The notes: generated by a model not told the origin, from the sequence alone. Counted from the first letter of the stretch, positions 51,867 to 64,000 are shown. The stretch is DNA of 64,000 bases from Ginglymostoma cirratum (GCA_024137785.1 JAHRHZ010000150.1:755627-819626), one strand, 5' to 3'. Numbers and translations are program-made.

Positions 51867-51914
51867 CTGGAAGAGAAGTTCATTTTGGGCTGGGCTCCAA
51901 ACTGACAGTATTAG
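51867..51914 (+). CDS. TRBJ: TCR beta J segment 1 (GREVHFGLGSKLTVL)
   Basis: FGxG motif; donor GTAAGG at 51915; RSS GGTTGATGT-12-TGGTGTG (51839-51866). Confidence 0.9.
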
Positions 51915-52455
51915 GTAAGGAAATTGGCAATATAAACCCTGCGTTTTTTGTTATGCTTTGAACTGTCTTGATGCTTTTCTGGGCTTTCTCATGATCTATT
52001 CTGCGGGGTTGGTCTGTTATAAATTGTCTGAGCAGCGACGAGAAACCAGACTGGTTTCTCAGTTTGCGCATCACTCTATTCGCTTTCTGTCTTAATCACA
52101 GCTCAAAGGAAACTCGGGCGCTTGATCTGATTTGCAAGAGAATGATTTTCATTCATGAAGATAAGTCGCCCAGTGTCAGATTAATGTAGTTAGTGATAGA
52201 GTAAACGCTTTGTTAAGTACAAGAGCAGGAAAGATCTAACCTCGTAAAGTTGCATGCATCTGGGCAGAATTTGTAGACTTGTTAATGTGATCCGTGGATG
52301 TGAAAGTGAATTTGATAGATTACAGGACTGATTGGCCACCTCACGCCCCATAGTCGTAGCAATTTTTCTGGTCCTTAGGATAGGTGGAAGCTGAATAGAA
52401 TAAATAAAGAGCACTGGTTGTGACGGGGATTTTGAAACAGGGTGGTACTGCTGTG

Positions 52456-52502
52456 TTACAATGAAGCATACTTCGGAACTGGGACAAAGCTGGTCGTTAT
52501 GG
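52456..52502 (+). CDS. TRBJ: TCR beta J segment 2 (YNEAYFGTGTKLVVM)
   Basis: FGxG; donor GTACGT; RSS GATTTTGAA-12-TGCTGTG (52428-52455). Confidence 0.9.
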
Positions 52503-54272
52503 GTACGTGAACGAATTAATAATACTGTAAGAGTTATTATAAATTGTGGATCCATGTGGGGAAGGTTGTTGGTGAGGGAATTGACAGAGTAAAAAGTGCT
52601 GAAGCTGAGGGAAATGATTTAGATCTTGTTGCACCTGTTATACCGTAGGAGAAGAGAATGAGTTGGAACGTGATGGACATTCTATAAAATTAACAGAACA
52701 TACAATACTGAAGGCGCAAATAGAATCTCAGATATTGACATGTGAGAATAGCAGACTTGACGCGAATGTAGACCGAAAGCTATGTCCGTTCAATTGTATT
52801 TTATGCATGTCTAACCTACAGCTTGTAGAAGTTTTAGAGGCACCAGCTAAGTTTTTCTTAAGCATTAACAACGTTGATGCCAAACCAAGAGGTTAGAATC
52901 ACCAAAAGAGATGAAACATTCATAAAACATCACAGGAACAGGCTTTATGGCCCACCATGCCTGTGATGACCGCGTTACCTTTCTAAACTAATCCCATTTA
53001 GCTGCATATGGTCCGTAACCCTCCCCTTCACTGCCTGTTCATGTGTCTGTCGAAATGTTTCTTAAATGTTGCTATCATTTCTGCGTCTGCCACCTCCCTG
53101 GGCAGCTTATTCCAGGCACCTACAACCCTCTGTGAGAAAAAAAATCTTTCCCCCTCTCACCTTAAATCTGTGTTCCCTAGTATTTGACGTAGCACACTGG
53201 AAAAATGACTATCCAACCTATCCGTGCCTCTTATTGTATATTCCTCTATCAGTTCGTCCCTCTCGTGCAAACAATCCAAGTTTGTCCAACCTTTCCTTAT
53301 AGCTATTCCAGGTAACATCCTTTGCAAAACGTCCACATCAATCCTGTAGTGCGGTGACCACAACTGCACACAATATTCCAAAGACGGCCAATTTCAATTT
53401 TGTGCGCCGGCAACCTGACTTGCGAACTTTTACGCCCAATGTCCAATTGATGAAGGTAAGCACGTTGTATGCCTTCTTTGCTACTTTATCCGTAATAACT
53501 GTCTCCTCTTCAGGGAGCCATGAACTTGGACCTCAGGTTCCCTCTGTATATTAAATGCTGTTAACCCTCAAGGTGACAGAAGGCTGCGTGCGTGACCCTG
53601 TATCAATGAAGTAGGTGTTTGGATGAGATAGACATCTGGAATATGCTTGTATTTGTTGAGAACACCATACCTAGAGGCCCTATGTATACGGACGCAGAAA
53701 GGATTGAAATCCTCTATTCAGGAGAACCATCTGTGCTCACAGAGTGACAGAGTGACAGAACTGTGTAACATTACACACGAGATTATATTGATGAGAAAGC
53801 ATGGCTAAATTAAAGGATGAATATAGCTAAAAATATGAAGAAGAAAGCGGTTTTGTGAAATTACTGGGAAAGAGACTGAGTGTGAAAAGTGAATGGCAGA
53901 CCAGAGAAGATGAAGTGAAAGGCTTCTTTTTCTTATGTCGACCTATCTGTCCAAGTTTATGTCTGAATTTTGAATGAGCTGGGGTGATTCTGATGAATTT
54001 ACAAGGCGGATTTACAAGGCAAATTTACTATTTTATCCAACTCTTGAAATACCATGAACACGTTCAGAAAATAGTCAAGGTGACTAGTGGAATGTTGGTG
54101 TTTATATCTAGACTACTTGAATAAAAAGACACAGAAGTCGTGCTACAGTCACTGAATGGCCTCCACTCCTTTTCCCACTTTGCTCTGTCCCGCGGTTCCA
54201 GGGGCTCCCTTGTCATTAAGGGCAGCACTCACAAAAAGCTTAAAGGTTTTGAGACAGGGGTCTAGCTTTGTG

Positions 54273-54322
54273 TTCTGCTAGCATTTACTACTTCGGGGCT
54301 GGCACGAAGTTGACTGTTTTGG
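54273..54322 (+). CDS. TRBJ: TCR beta J segment 3 (SASIYYFGAGTKLTVL)
   Basis: FGxG; donor GTAAGT; RSS GGTTTTGAG-12-CTTTGTG (54245-54272). Confidence 0.93.
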
Positions 54323-54542
54323 GTAAGTTTGTTGATGTATAACTGTACAAATGTCCATAGTTTGGTCTATCAACTGTGACCGGCTGTCTATCCCTACGTC
54401 TGTTTGTCTAGCAATAGGTAATATTCATTTGCCTGTACATCTGTGAATCTATTTAACTATCCGTGTGCCTCCTTATGCAATGTGGGTAATGTATTTGGTA
54501 AAGAGTAAAGGCTACCTATTTTAGGGAATGGTCAACATTCAG

Positions 54543-54840
54543 TGGGGCAGCATGGTTACTCAATGGTTAGCACTGTTGCCTCACAACTCCAGGGAACTGG
54601 CTTCGATTCCACCCTTGGAAACCTGTCTGTGTAGAGTTTGCACATTGTCCCTAGGTCTATGTGAGTTTCCTAGCACAGTCCAAATACTACGCAGATTTGG
54701 TGGATTGTCTATGCTAAACTGTTCATAATGTGCAGGAATGTCCAGGATAGGTGGCAGCTGGTTAGGATGCTCTTCGGAAGGTCAGTGTAGACTCGATCGG
54801 CCAAATGGCCCTCTTCCACACTGTAGGAATTCCATGATTC
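54543..54840 (+). mobile_element. tRNA-derived shark SINE (HE1-like)
   Basis: Pol III A/B-box head GGCAGCATGGTTACTCAATGGTTAGCAC...GCTTCGATTCC, body CTGTCTGTGTAGAGTTTGCAC and CR1-like tail. Related copies at 58010-58330 (+) and 55430-55730 (-). Confidence 0.7.
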
Positions 54841-55213
54841 CTGATTTTGAACAAGTTAGTATTTATTCCATGAGATATGTGTCACAGGGTTAAATCTATG
54901 TCTACAGTTATTTCATAATTAAAGCTACTCTAGTTGTTTCCAGGACTGTAACTGTAGTTGGGGTGGGGGTGCAGATGTGTAGAATACCATTTACATTGGA
55001 CAGACGGTATGTTGGAAATGGTGTTAGTTTAAATTTTGGCCCTGCTGCTCTGTGTAACCGTTTTAAATTGGCTCGTGGCCGGCTTGAGTGATTCAAACAC
55101 CCGAGTCAGATTTTAATGAGACTGGACGGTTCCTATTGGCAAGACATTGAGTATGAACGGCAGGGATACTATGAGATCCCCGTAAAGTTTCTACATAAGT
55201 ATTCCATACTGTG

Positions 55214-55263
55214 TTCTAGGAGCAAATATTATTTTTCCAATGGTGCCACGTTGGTTGTGACTG
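55214..55263 (+). CDS. TRBJ: TCR beta J segment 4, non-canonical motif (SRSKYYFSNGATLVVT)
   Basis: RSS AGTTTCTAC-12-TACTGTG (55186-55213); donor GTGAAT; FSNG instead of FGxG. Confidence 0.82.
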
Positions 55264-55870
55264 GTGAATTCGGGGATGTTCAACTAATTCTGAGCGTGTG
55301 TTTTCAAAATCATTGGGAAGAGAATGGGCTGGGCTGGAGTCACTTTAAATGTCTGGATCTAATGGAAATTCTTGGCTGCGCAGTACATTTGATATATGAA
55401 TGAGAGAAGACGCGTGGTAGAATCAAGGGTCATGGAAGCCCTACAATGTGGAAGCAGGGCATTATGCCCATCGAGTCCGTACTGGCCTCCAAAGAGCATC
55501 CCATCCAGAACAGTCCCATAACCCAGTATCTCCCCGGGTTAATTCACCTAGCTTGCACAGCCTGGACACTATGAGATTGTTTAGCATAGACCATCCATCT
55601 ATCTGCACGCGTTAGACTGGGAGAGGAAACCTACGCACACACGGGAAGAATGTGCAGATGAGGTGGAATCTATCTCGAGTGTCTGACGCTTTGAAGCAGC
55701 AATGCGAATCACTGCACTAACCATTCCACCCATCAAATGAATTGTGTGCAAAGAAAACTCGCCGAGAGACCGGGAAAGTCTCACAATTTGTTCACTGTTG
55801 ACACCCAAATATGAACTGCCCGTTAGAGACCATAATCCTTTTGTTTTACTTAGTGAATTGAGAAATTGCA

Positions 55871-55923
55871 CTCTGGGAGCTCCAAGTATTGTTTTGGTGA
55901 AGGGATAGAGTTGACTGTGCTGT
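55871..55923 (+). pseudogene. TRBJ: TCR beta J segment 5, probably non-functional (SGSSKYCFGEGIELTVL)
   Basis: FGxG is intact, but the heptamer position reads AATTGCA (no GTG) and the donor GTGCAT is weak. Confidence 0.7.
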
Positions 55924-57018
55924 GTGCATTGGAAGTAAAGGAAAGACAATCACCTCTGCTCATCATGATTGTCAGTCTGAACATGAAAAATGTAATTATT
56001 AAACTTAAAAATTATTTCCAGACTAAACAATCCCAAACCCTTTCTGAACTGAAAGTATTATGACTCGATTTCAATGAATAACAATCTCAAATTGTCCTGG
56101 AGAAGATGGTGGTGAGCTGTTTTTAGGCTCTATTACTGTTGGTGCAGTGTCAGTTGAACCCTTGTGTTACTGGTGGGAGAGTTCTTGAAATTTGATACAT
56201 GTCCTTTTGTATCTTGGTATTTATTCACATTCATATAAGTTATAACATGAGTAGTCTACAGCACAGATACGGGCCCTTCGGCTCAACTCATCTATCTCGA
56301 ACAGGTTTCTTAAACTTGACAAATCCTATTTGCCTGTATTTGGCCCACATCCCTCTATATCTCTTCTACCGTTGTACCTTTCGAAATGTCTTTTAACTGT
56401 TGTAACTGTATCTGCATCTATTACTTCCTCTGGCAGCTCTTCCATACACAGACCACCCTCTGTATAGAAATGTTGCCCCTCAGGACTCTTTTAAATCTTT
56501 CCTCCCTCATGTTAAACCTATGCTACCCAGTTTTGGACACCCCTAACCTGGTTAAAAACCTTAACTATTCACATATCTATGCCTTTTGTGATTTTATAAA
56601 CCTCTATAATGTCATCTTACACTTTGTTATCATTCCCTTCATGGAACCCCAAACTTACCAAACCACAACATCATGATTAAATGATTGTTTATTGTTGGTG
56701 AGAATTATCCTAAGCACCTCTTTCTACTTCCTATTCACTTCACCCCACGAAAGTTCTCCTATTCTTTTCTCCCTGGTGTCGTTATCCAGTTTCTTCTTAA
56801 ATATGTAAACGCTATTAGCCTCAACAGATTATTTGTGGTAATGAGATAGTTGCATCAGCCACTCTTGGGGGAAAATTACTGCTAAACCGCGTAAGATGAA
56901 TTTCTAATTGAACATTTACTTTTTTTAAAATCAGTTGATTTTATATCCCACTTTATAATGGCTAATTTGTTCTGTTCATCTTAGACCTATAGTTGTAATG
57001 CAGCTCTGTAATACTGTA

Positions 57019-57069
57019 AACAGGATATAATCAGTATGCCTTTGGTAAAGCAAAACGTTGTTCATTTAC
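57019..57069 (+). pseudogene. TRBJ: TCR beta J segment 6, pseudogene
   Basis: TGYNQYAFGKA then a frameshift (2 nt shorter than its paralog at 58978). Heptamer TACTGTA; nonamer AGTTGTAAT at 12-nt spacing. Confidence 0.85.
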
Positions 57070-57726
57070 GTGAGTACAGAGCAGACGTTTGAGTTCATTT
57101 CATCAACGAAGACGTTTTGAAATTGTTGGGTGAGCTTACACATGTCAGACGCTGTAGTCACCTCAGGGGTTCACACATATATGTAGTGTTAACAGGTCGT
57201 GTACCAATTCAGTTCAGAGAGCTACTAAGTTTGCTTTTAACACCCTGTTTGTCCTCTTTCAGTACTTGTCCTTGTCATCTCTATCAGCTCTGCAAACACC
57301 CTTCATCTTCTGCACTTCATCAATTTTGTACTCATAAGAGTTGTGTTTAACGGAAGACGTCCATGTCCTCAAACACTTAACCACTATACACTTTAGTTTC
57401 TTTTTAAACTGAGGTTCTGTACTTCAATTGACTGCTTTTTCTCTTCATTGGCTTGAAGGTACTTATTAAATCCCAATTATTTAACCAGATTCCTGATCCG
57501 ATTGTACACTCATGTGGCTCAGCATGATTTCTGCTTCTTGACCTTTGAAATACCTTTAGAAAATTTGCCCTTAATTAAATTCAAGTTGCTGTATAAACAC
57601 AATGCACTGTAGAGCACAGTATTGCTGTTTTAAACCATAGCCTAAGAGTACGTAAGCTAACTGCTCAGATCCCGCATCTTTAGTTTTAACTCAACGGTAG
57701 TTTTAGCATGACACGCTAAAACTGTG

Positions 57727-57779
57727 ATCAAATAACTATGATTATACGTTTGGGGCTGGAACCAAATTAGCGGTCGCAG
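57727..57779 (+). CDS. TRBJ: TCR beta J segment 7 (SNNYDYTFGAGTKLAVA)
   Basis: RSS AGTTTTAGC-12-AACTGTG (57699-57726); donor GTAGGT. Confidence 0.92.
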
Positions 57780-58977
57780 GTAGGTAAACAATTCAAAATA
57801 TTCTATAAAATTTTAGATCTAATTACTCCAATGAGACGGAGGCTTGATAGCTTGAGCCATTGTTCAGAATTTCCCTAAATGATTTTCATGCTTTTCTCCC
57901 CCCTTGACAACCTATTCAATCATGACCATTGGTCCTCGTTTGGATTGGCTGCCCTCCTATATCCACTCTTTCTTAATCGTAATGATTAACTTGCACACAA
58001 TTTACTCACGACACGAACGACCTGGATTCGATTCCACCCACGGGCAACTGTCTGTATGGAGTTTCCATGCTCTCCCCGGTCTGACTGGCTTTCTTCTAAG
58101 TGTTCCTGCTTCGTCCCACAGCCCAACGATGCGCGGGTTAGGTGGATTGGCCATGCAAAGTTACCCCGTGGTATCTGGGAGCTGGAAGGCTGGGGTGAAT
58201 CGCCATGGGAAATTCAGGGTTACAGGGCTGGTGTAGGTGAGTGTTGATGGGATGGTCTTCAGAGGGTCGCTTTGGAGTCAATGGACCAAATAAACGAATG
58301 CTTCCACATTGTACCGATTCGATGTAATTTTATGCTGTATCTACATCTATTCCTTCCTTCGGCAGAATGTTTCATATACAGATGATCCTCTGTGTGATAA
58401 ATTTGCTCCTCAAGACCCTTTTAAATCTCTCCCCGCTCATGTTAAGCCAATGTCCTCTAGTTTTGGACTTCCTGTCCTGGTGAAAAGTCCTTGGATATCC
58501 ATATTAAGTATGCCCCTTGTCATTGTATAAACCTGTAAAATGTTGCCCCTGAGTTGCTATCATTCTTTTCCTGGTACTCCTTATACATATCGGGAAAAGA
58601 AATTTGTCAAACTCCAATATCATGGTTAAATCATTGTTTATTGCTGGTGAGCATTACCTCAAGGACAACTTGCCACTTCCTATTCACCTCAAAACATGAA
58701 CACTTTCTTCCTTTTTTTTTCTCCCTAATGTCTTTATCAAGCTTCTCCTTAAAAGTATCAACACTATTAGCCTCAACCCACCGCTTGTGGTAACGAGATA
58801 TGTGCATAACCCCTCTTGGGGGATGATTACAGATGAACTGCTAAAGATGAATTTTCAATCGAATGTTTGAATTGAAAAAAATAAATTGAGCAGGTAATTG
58901 TGCACCAGGCTTTTCAATAGTTAATTTGGTCTCTTCATCTAACACCTGTAGTTGTAATGCAGCCCTGTAACATTGTG

Positions 58978-59030
58978 AACAAGTTATAGTAAGTTTGAAT
59001 TTGGTAAGGGAACAACATTGTTCATTTTAG
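58978..59030 (+). CDS. TRBJ: TCR beta J segment 8 (TSYSKFEFGKGTTLFIL)
   Basis: RSS AGTTGTAAT-12-CATTGTG (58950-58977); donor GTGAGT. Confidence 0.9.
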
Positions 59031-59655
59031 GTGAGTACAGAGCTGACATTTGAGTTCATTTCTTTAATGAGGACACTTTGAATTTGTTGGTGGAGCTTAC
59101 ACATTTCAGATACTGTAATCACTTCAGGGGCATATACAGTGTTACCATGTTTGTCACTAATGCACTCTTAGTCTTTCTGTACCTATCCCGTTATTTCCAA
59201 CAGCTCTGCAAACACCCTACATCTTCTGTGGTCCATCGGTCCTGTACTCATAAAATGTAAGTGTTTCACTAATGACAGCCATGCCCTCAAACACTTAACC
59301 GCTAAACACGTCAATTCTTAGTTCAGCTGTTCAGTTTGCCACTTGCCTCTTCATTATCTTGAAAATGCTTCATAAATGTCAATTATTTAAGCAGATTTTT
59401 GATCATGCGTCCTAATGTGCACTCATGCGGCTGAATATGTCATCTCCCACTTGACCTCTGAAACATCTTTGGAAACTTTATTATTAATTATATTCAAGTT
59501 GCTATAAAATTGGAAGACACTGTAGAACACATGATCCATAATTTAATACAGAATATAAAAGTATGTAACCTTTATGTTCAGACATTTCTCTCTGAAGGTC
59601 CCGCATCTCCACTTTTAACTTATTGGTAGTTTTAATCTTATTCTGTACCAATGTG

Positions 59656-59708
59656 ATCAAATATGTACGATTGTACATTTGGCATTTGAACCACATTAAT
59701 GGTCACAG
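59656..59708 (+). pseudogene. TRBJ: TCR beta J segment 9, pseudogene (SNMYDCTFGI*TTLMVT)
   Basis: In-frame TGA at the second Gly of FGxG. RSS AGTTTTAAT-12-CAATGTG is intact; donor GTGGGT. Confidence 0.87.
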
Positions 59709-60679
59709 GTGGGTGAACAATTCGAAATGTCGTTTTTAAAATTACTTGCTCCAGTTGGACGTGAGTTGGCGTAGAAAACATTTTGAATCATTGTCCAGCG
59801 TTGCCCGAAAAGAGTTTCATTTTCTTTCCCAGTGTTGACAATTTCGCGCCCTATTCAATCATTACATTAATTCCTACTTGGATTGTCTAACCTGCTATAT
59901 CCACTCAATTTTAATTCTAATGACCACATTGCTCACAATTAATGTCTTGCTTTGTACTTGTTGTGAGTTTCTGCCTGTTCCTGTCCCAAACTTAGAGAGG
60001 AGAACACAGACATCTTTTTCTTAAACTTTTCACTTTCTAAGTTAAGAATATTTCTGAACATGGACATTTAGTGGCTTGCACTGTCTATTCGCATTCCTTA
60101 CCTGTAAGTATTACAAAAATGAGTTTTTAGTTGCTATTAGTGTGAGCTGGGAATAATGCAGTTGGGGAAGTAAGGAAGTCTGGAACTTCAACGTGCGATA
60201 AGACCCAAGCGTCCTCAATCAAATTAACATTAATGGCTAGGAGCCGCATTCAACCAAGATCATGTAGGGAGAGAGACACGAAAATAGATAAAGATGTATA
60301 AAAGAAAACTATAAATTCTGCTTCAGAGCTGTGCCATTAGTTTATTTTTGTTAATGCATGGCCCAGTGACATTGATTTACATTAGAATGACCACACCATC
60401 GAAATTGGATTTATATTGTTGGTTGCAAGATTTGGAGTTTGAGATCGGTGCTGATAGTTCAGAAACACTTGCTCACAGGATGTGGCTGTCTTTGGCTGAG
60501 AAATAGTTTAATGTCCATCCTTAATTGCCCAGAGGGCAGTTAAGAGTCAACCACATTACTGTGGGCCTGGAGTCATACATGAGGTGGACTGAGTAAGGAT
60601 GACTGATCGTCTCCCTGAAATGAACCAGATGGGTTTTTATGAGAACTGTTAATGGATTTATGATCACAAATGCTATTTC

Positions 60680-61670
60680 TATGCAGGAAGTTATGTTGGG
60701 ATCTCAATTATTCACAATATTCATTAACAACTTGGATAATGGGATAAAAATTGAAACCTCCAAATTTTCTGCTAACACAAAATTAGGGTAGCATTGCACA
60801 AAATGCCAACAACAACATACATTTACAACAATATATTGATAGGTTAGGTGAATCGGCAAATCTATGGCAAGTGAATTTCAATATAAGCAAGCATGAGTTT
60901 ACCTATTTCAGAAAAAATAAACAAGATAAATCAGGGTTTTATTTAGGAGGCATAAAGTTAAATACAGTGGATTTGCAACGAGATTTGGCGATTCAGATGC
61001 TAAGTTTTTAAAAATGTCATGAGTCGGTGCAGAAAATCGTTAATAAGACTAATGGATGATTGGCCTCATATCTAAAGGGCTGGGCTATAGGAATGCAGAT
61101 GTTTTGTGCAGTTATACAAAACCCTAGAGTACTGTGAATAGATCAGGATACCACACCATAGAAAAGACATTTTGGCCCTGGAAGGAGTTCAACACAGGTT
61201 TACAAGGATGATACTTGCATTTCATGGCTTAAGTTATGAAAACAGACGAGATAAATAAACCTTTATTCTCTAGAATTTGGAAGGTTAAGGAGTAATCTAT
61301 TTGAGGTGTACAGGATATTAACAGGGAAAGAAAAAATAGATAAAGATAAACTATTTCCACTGGTTGAAGTTTCTGGATCCATTGGGCATTGTGTAAGAAT
61401 TAGGGTAGATCATTCGACAGAGATGTTAGGAAGCACTTCTACACACAAGAAGTAGATCTGAACTCATTTCCTCAAATCACGGTCTATACTAATTCAATTC
61501 TTGATTTTAAATCTATGATGGAAAATAAAAAGCTTTTGTAAAGCGCCAGTGTCAAGGCCTATGACCCAAGGAAGTTATACAGAGTTAGGTAACAGATCAG
61601 CCGTGATCACATTGAATGATGGAATAGACTCAGGGGCTGAATGGCTAACTCCTGTTCCCATGTTCCTATG
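60680..61670 (+). mobile_element. CR1 LINE 3' portion (RT C-terminal region and tail), decayed
   Basis: QEVMLGSQLFTIFINNLD...SKFSANTKLG (QGSVLGP.LF.IFINDLD..SKFADDTKLG-like), ending in a GAATGGCTAACTCCTGTTCCCATGTTCCTATG tail. Confidence 0.8.
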
Positions 61671-64000
61671 CTCAGATTCTATTTCCATACTTTTTGTTAA
61701 TTATGCGTTCATTAATTAATTGTATTTGAATTGCACCATCTTCTTATATTATGAGGCCAAACTCTTGATTCTTTAGATGAACAGTCCAGTGACATTACCA
61801 GGATGTGAATATTTCCTCTCAACTCTTGTTGGGTTCCAATTTTTAATGGCCTTGTGTTGCAGTCTTCAGCTGCCGGTTACCATATAATGCTTCATTTTCA
61901 ATGAGAATACCGTCAAGTTAACACTAGTTTGCAAAGTAGTTGGAAAATGTAAGCTTAATTGTGCTCAGTGTTCCCCGTGTGGTGTTAAGAAGGTAATTCT
62001 AGATAAGAAATATGAACATTGCCAGGAATACGTTAAGAGCAATGGTTGTGTAGGCCAGGACTTTCCACTGTGCTCCAAATGTGTCTCAACGAATTTGTCA
62101 TTACTTATTTGCTTTTAAGTAGAACATCAGGTCTGGGAGCAGGAGTAGACAGTTCAGTCCTTCAAGTCTGCTCTACCATTCGATACCATTATGTCTGATC
62201 TCGTCTCGGCCTCAACTGAACTTCCTTGCCCACTCTCCATGACCTTTCATCCCATTACTGATTTAAAATCTGCCTATCCCCTCGTTAAAGTTACTCAATG
62301 CCCTGGCATTCACTGCACTTTGGACAATGGAATTCCACAGATTCACAACCCTTTAACAGAAATCATTCTTGCTTATCCCTGTTTTAATTCTGCTAAGCTC
62401 TTATACGAAAATGATTATCTTTCATTCCAGATTGCCTCACATGAATAAACATCCCATTGTCAATCCCACTTAGCATCTTATATACCTCAATTAGATCTCC
62501 TCTCATTCTTCTAAACTCTAGTGACTGTAGGCATAAGCTGGCAAGTCTCCTATTAAAATAAGCCTTTAATCTCTGAAATTATGTAGAGAACATTCTCTAA
62601 ATGACCTACACTTTAATTAGACACAGTTAAATATAAGTAAAGAATGGGTGAGGAATGAATAAAAAAATCATTATACTATTCACCCTTCACTAGTTTCTAG
62701 GTTATGTTGGGTCTTAAAGGATGTCAGGGATAATTGCTGTCTTACTTTAGCTGTCTTACAATCTGCGATGCCCAAAAGCACATCACGGCTTTACAGCCAA
62801 TGAAGTTCTTTTGAAATGCAGACAGTGTTGTAACATTGAAAAAACAAATTGAGGATTGTCATCTCCGCGACACCCTAGCAAAGAAAAGCAAAATAATAAG
62901 GAAGACAATCGTGCATGGTTTTTGTGGAGATGCGTAGGGGAATAAATGTTGGCTTGTACACATGGTAGAATTCATTTTCACTTCTGACAAGCCATGCTAT
63001 AATTCTTAAAAGATATGATGCACTGATGCAGTAACACATACATACAAGGATATATATATACCCAAATCTAAAAAGGTAGCTTGATAAATTTAGAAGTCTG
63101 TTAAAAGGCAGACACACATTTTGGCATTTTAAATAAAGCCACAGATTAGAGTGCTAGTTAGCTACTGGTATTTTCACTGTGCTACTCATGCAGAAGTAGA
63201 GGATAGTCCTTCTGGACATTAGTATGAATCCCACCACAGCAGATATTTATATTTAAATTCTATTTTAAAACAACTAGAATTTTTAACTGATCTAGTGAAA
63301 ATCATGTAAATATGTCAATTGTCACCAAAACCCATCCGGTTTGCTAATCCCCTTTAGCGAAGGAAATCTGCTACCTTTATCTAGTCGTGTAGTTCAAAAT
63401 CATTGATTCTGTGTTGGCAAATCAGCAGAATCGTTTACAATGGCAGGAGAGAATGTCGCCAATAGGTCGCACATTTAAAGTGAATTACAAAATAATCCGA
63501 GTGAAGACATGGAAACACAATCTAAACTGTGAGTTCTGGTGACACAGAATAGACTCTGTCACGTAATGGAAGCAGATTAAAATGTATAGATAACCACGCA
63601 AATTGAGAAAAAGTTGAAATGTGCAACTTGAAGTGCTACAGAAGAAGTGGTTTAATTGAACAACACAACAGAAGAGTCATCATTAACATAATGGGCCAAA
63701 TATCTACCATCTCTCTTGTATCATTCCATGAATATCCTATTTTCATTTTACATCACATTCTACATAAAAGATTAGGCTGGGATGAGTCATCGAGCAATGG
63801 ACTTCTTTTTGGCAGAGACGGTAGAGATTCAGCCTATAGAATCTATACTTGGTTTCTGTAAAGATTTTCAGTTATGCTTATTTACCGTAACTATCCCGTA
63901 GCCCTGCAATTTTGTTTAGTCAAGTGTTCATTCAATTTCCTTCTAAAATCATTGATTAACTCTACTTCCTCAATTCTTGTATGCAGCCAAGTTCCAAGTC

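Noticed and set aside
53849-53884. GGTTTTGTG...GAGTGTG RSS-like pair
   Set aside because: Spacer is 20 nt and no J-like coding sequence follows.
54543-54620. tRNA gene
   Set aside because: The tRNA-like head continues into a SINE body and lacks a full cloverleaf.
60110-64000. TCR beta constant exon
   Set aside because: No open frame with C1-set motifs; the region is CR1/SINE remnants and AT-rich intron-like DNA. C presumably lies beyond the window.
1-64000. CRISPR array or prokaryotic operons
   Set aside because: The sequence is vertebrate; repeats are dispersed TEs and duplicated V cassettes, not repeat-spacer arrays.

Overview
Eukaryotic DNA from a cartilaginous fish. The HE1- and Deu-type SINEs and the CR1/Penelope repeats point to a shark (inferred). 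The window is the 3' part of a translocon-type T-cell receptor beta (TRB) locus on the + strand. It holds about 12 V segments or relics. Four are apparently functional: each has a 46-nt leader exon (MFGALxLxxLLLLxP), a CRE-like promoter motif and a 23-spacer RSS. Downstream are one D segment (GGGACAGGGAGCT, 12-RSS/23-RSS) at 51380 and nine J segments with 12-spacer RSS (six open, three defective). No C exon is recognisable before the window ends. Intergenic DNA consists of duplicated V cassettes and decayed CR1, Tx1/L1-like, Penelope and Gypsy elements plus SINEs, with one 400-N gap. Most notable: (i) a family of short, mostly palindromic, TSD-flanked insertions carrying minimal hammerhead-ribozyme cores; (ii) a related insertion that displaces a V promoter but supplies a replacement CRE motif at near-native spacing; (iii) a tandem duplication of a J pair with reciprocal pseudogenisation; (iv) a ~330-bp inversion bracketed by element fragments. 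All calls come from manual reading; no searches were run.
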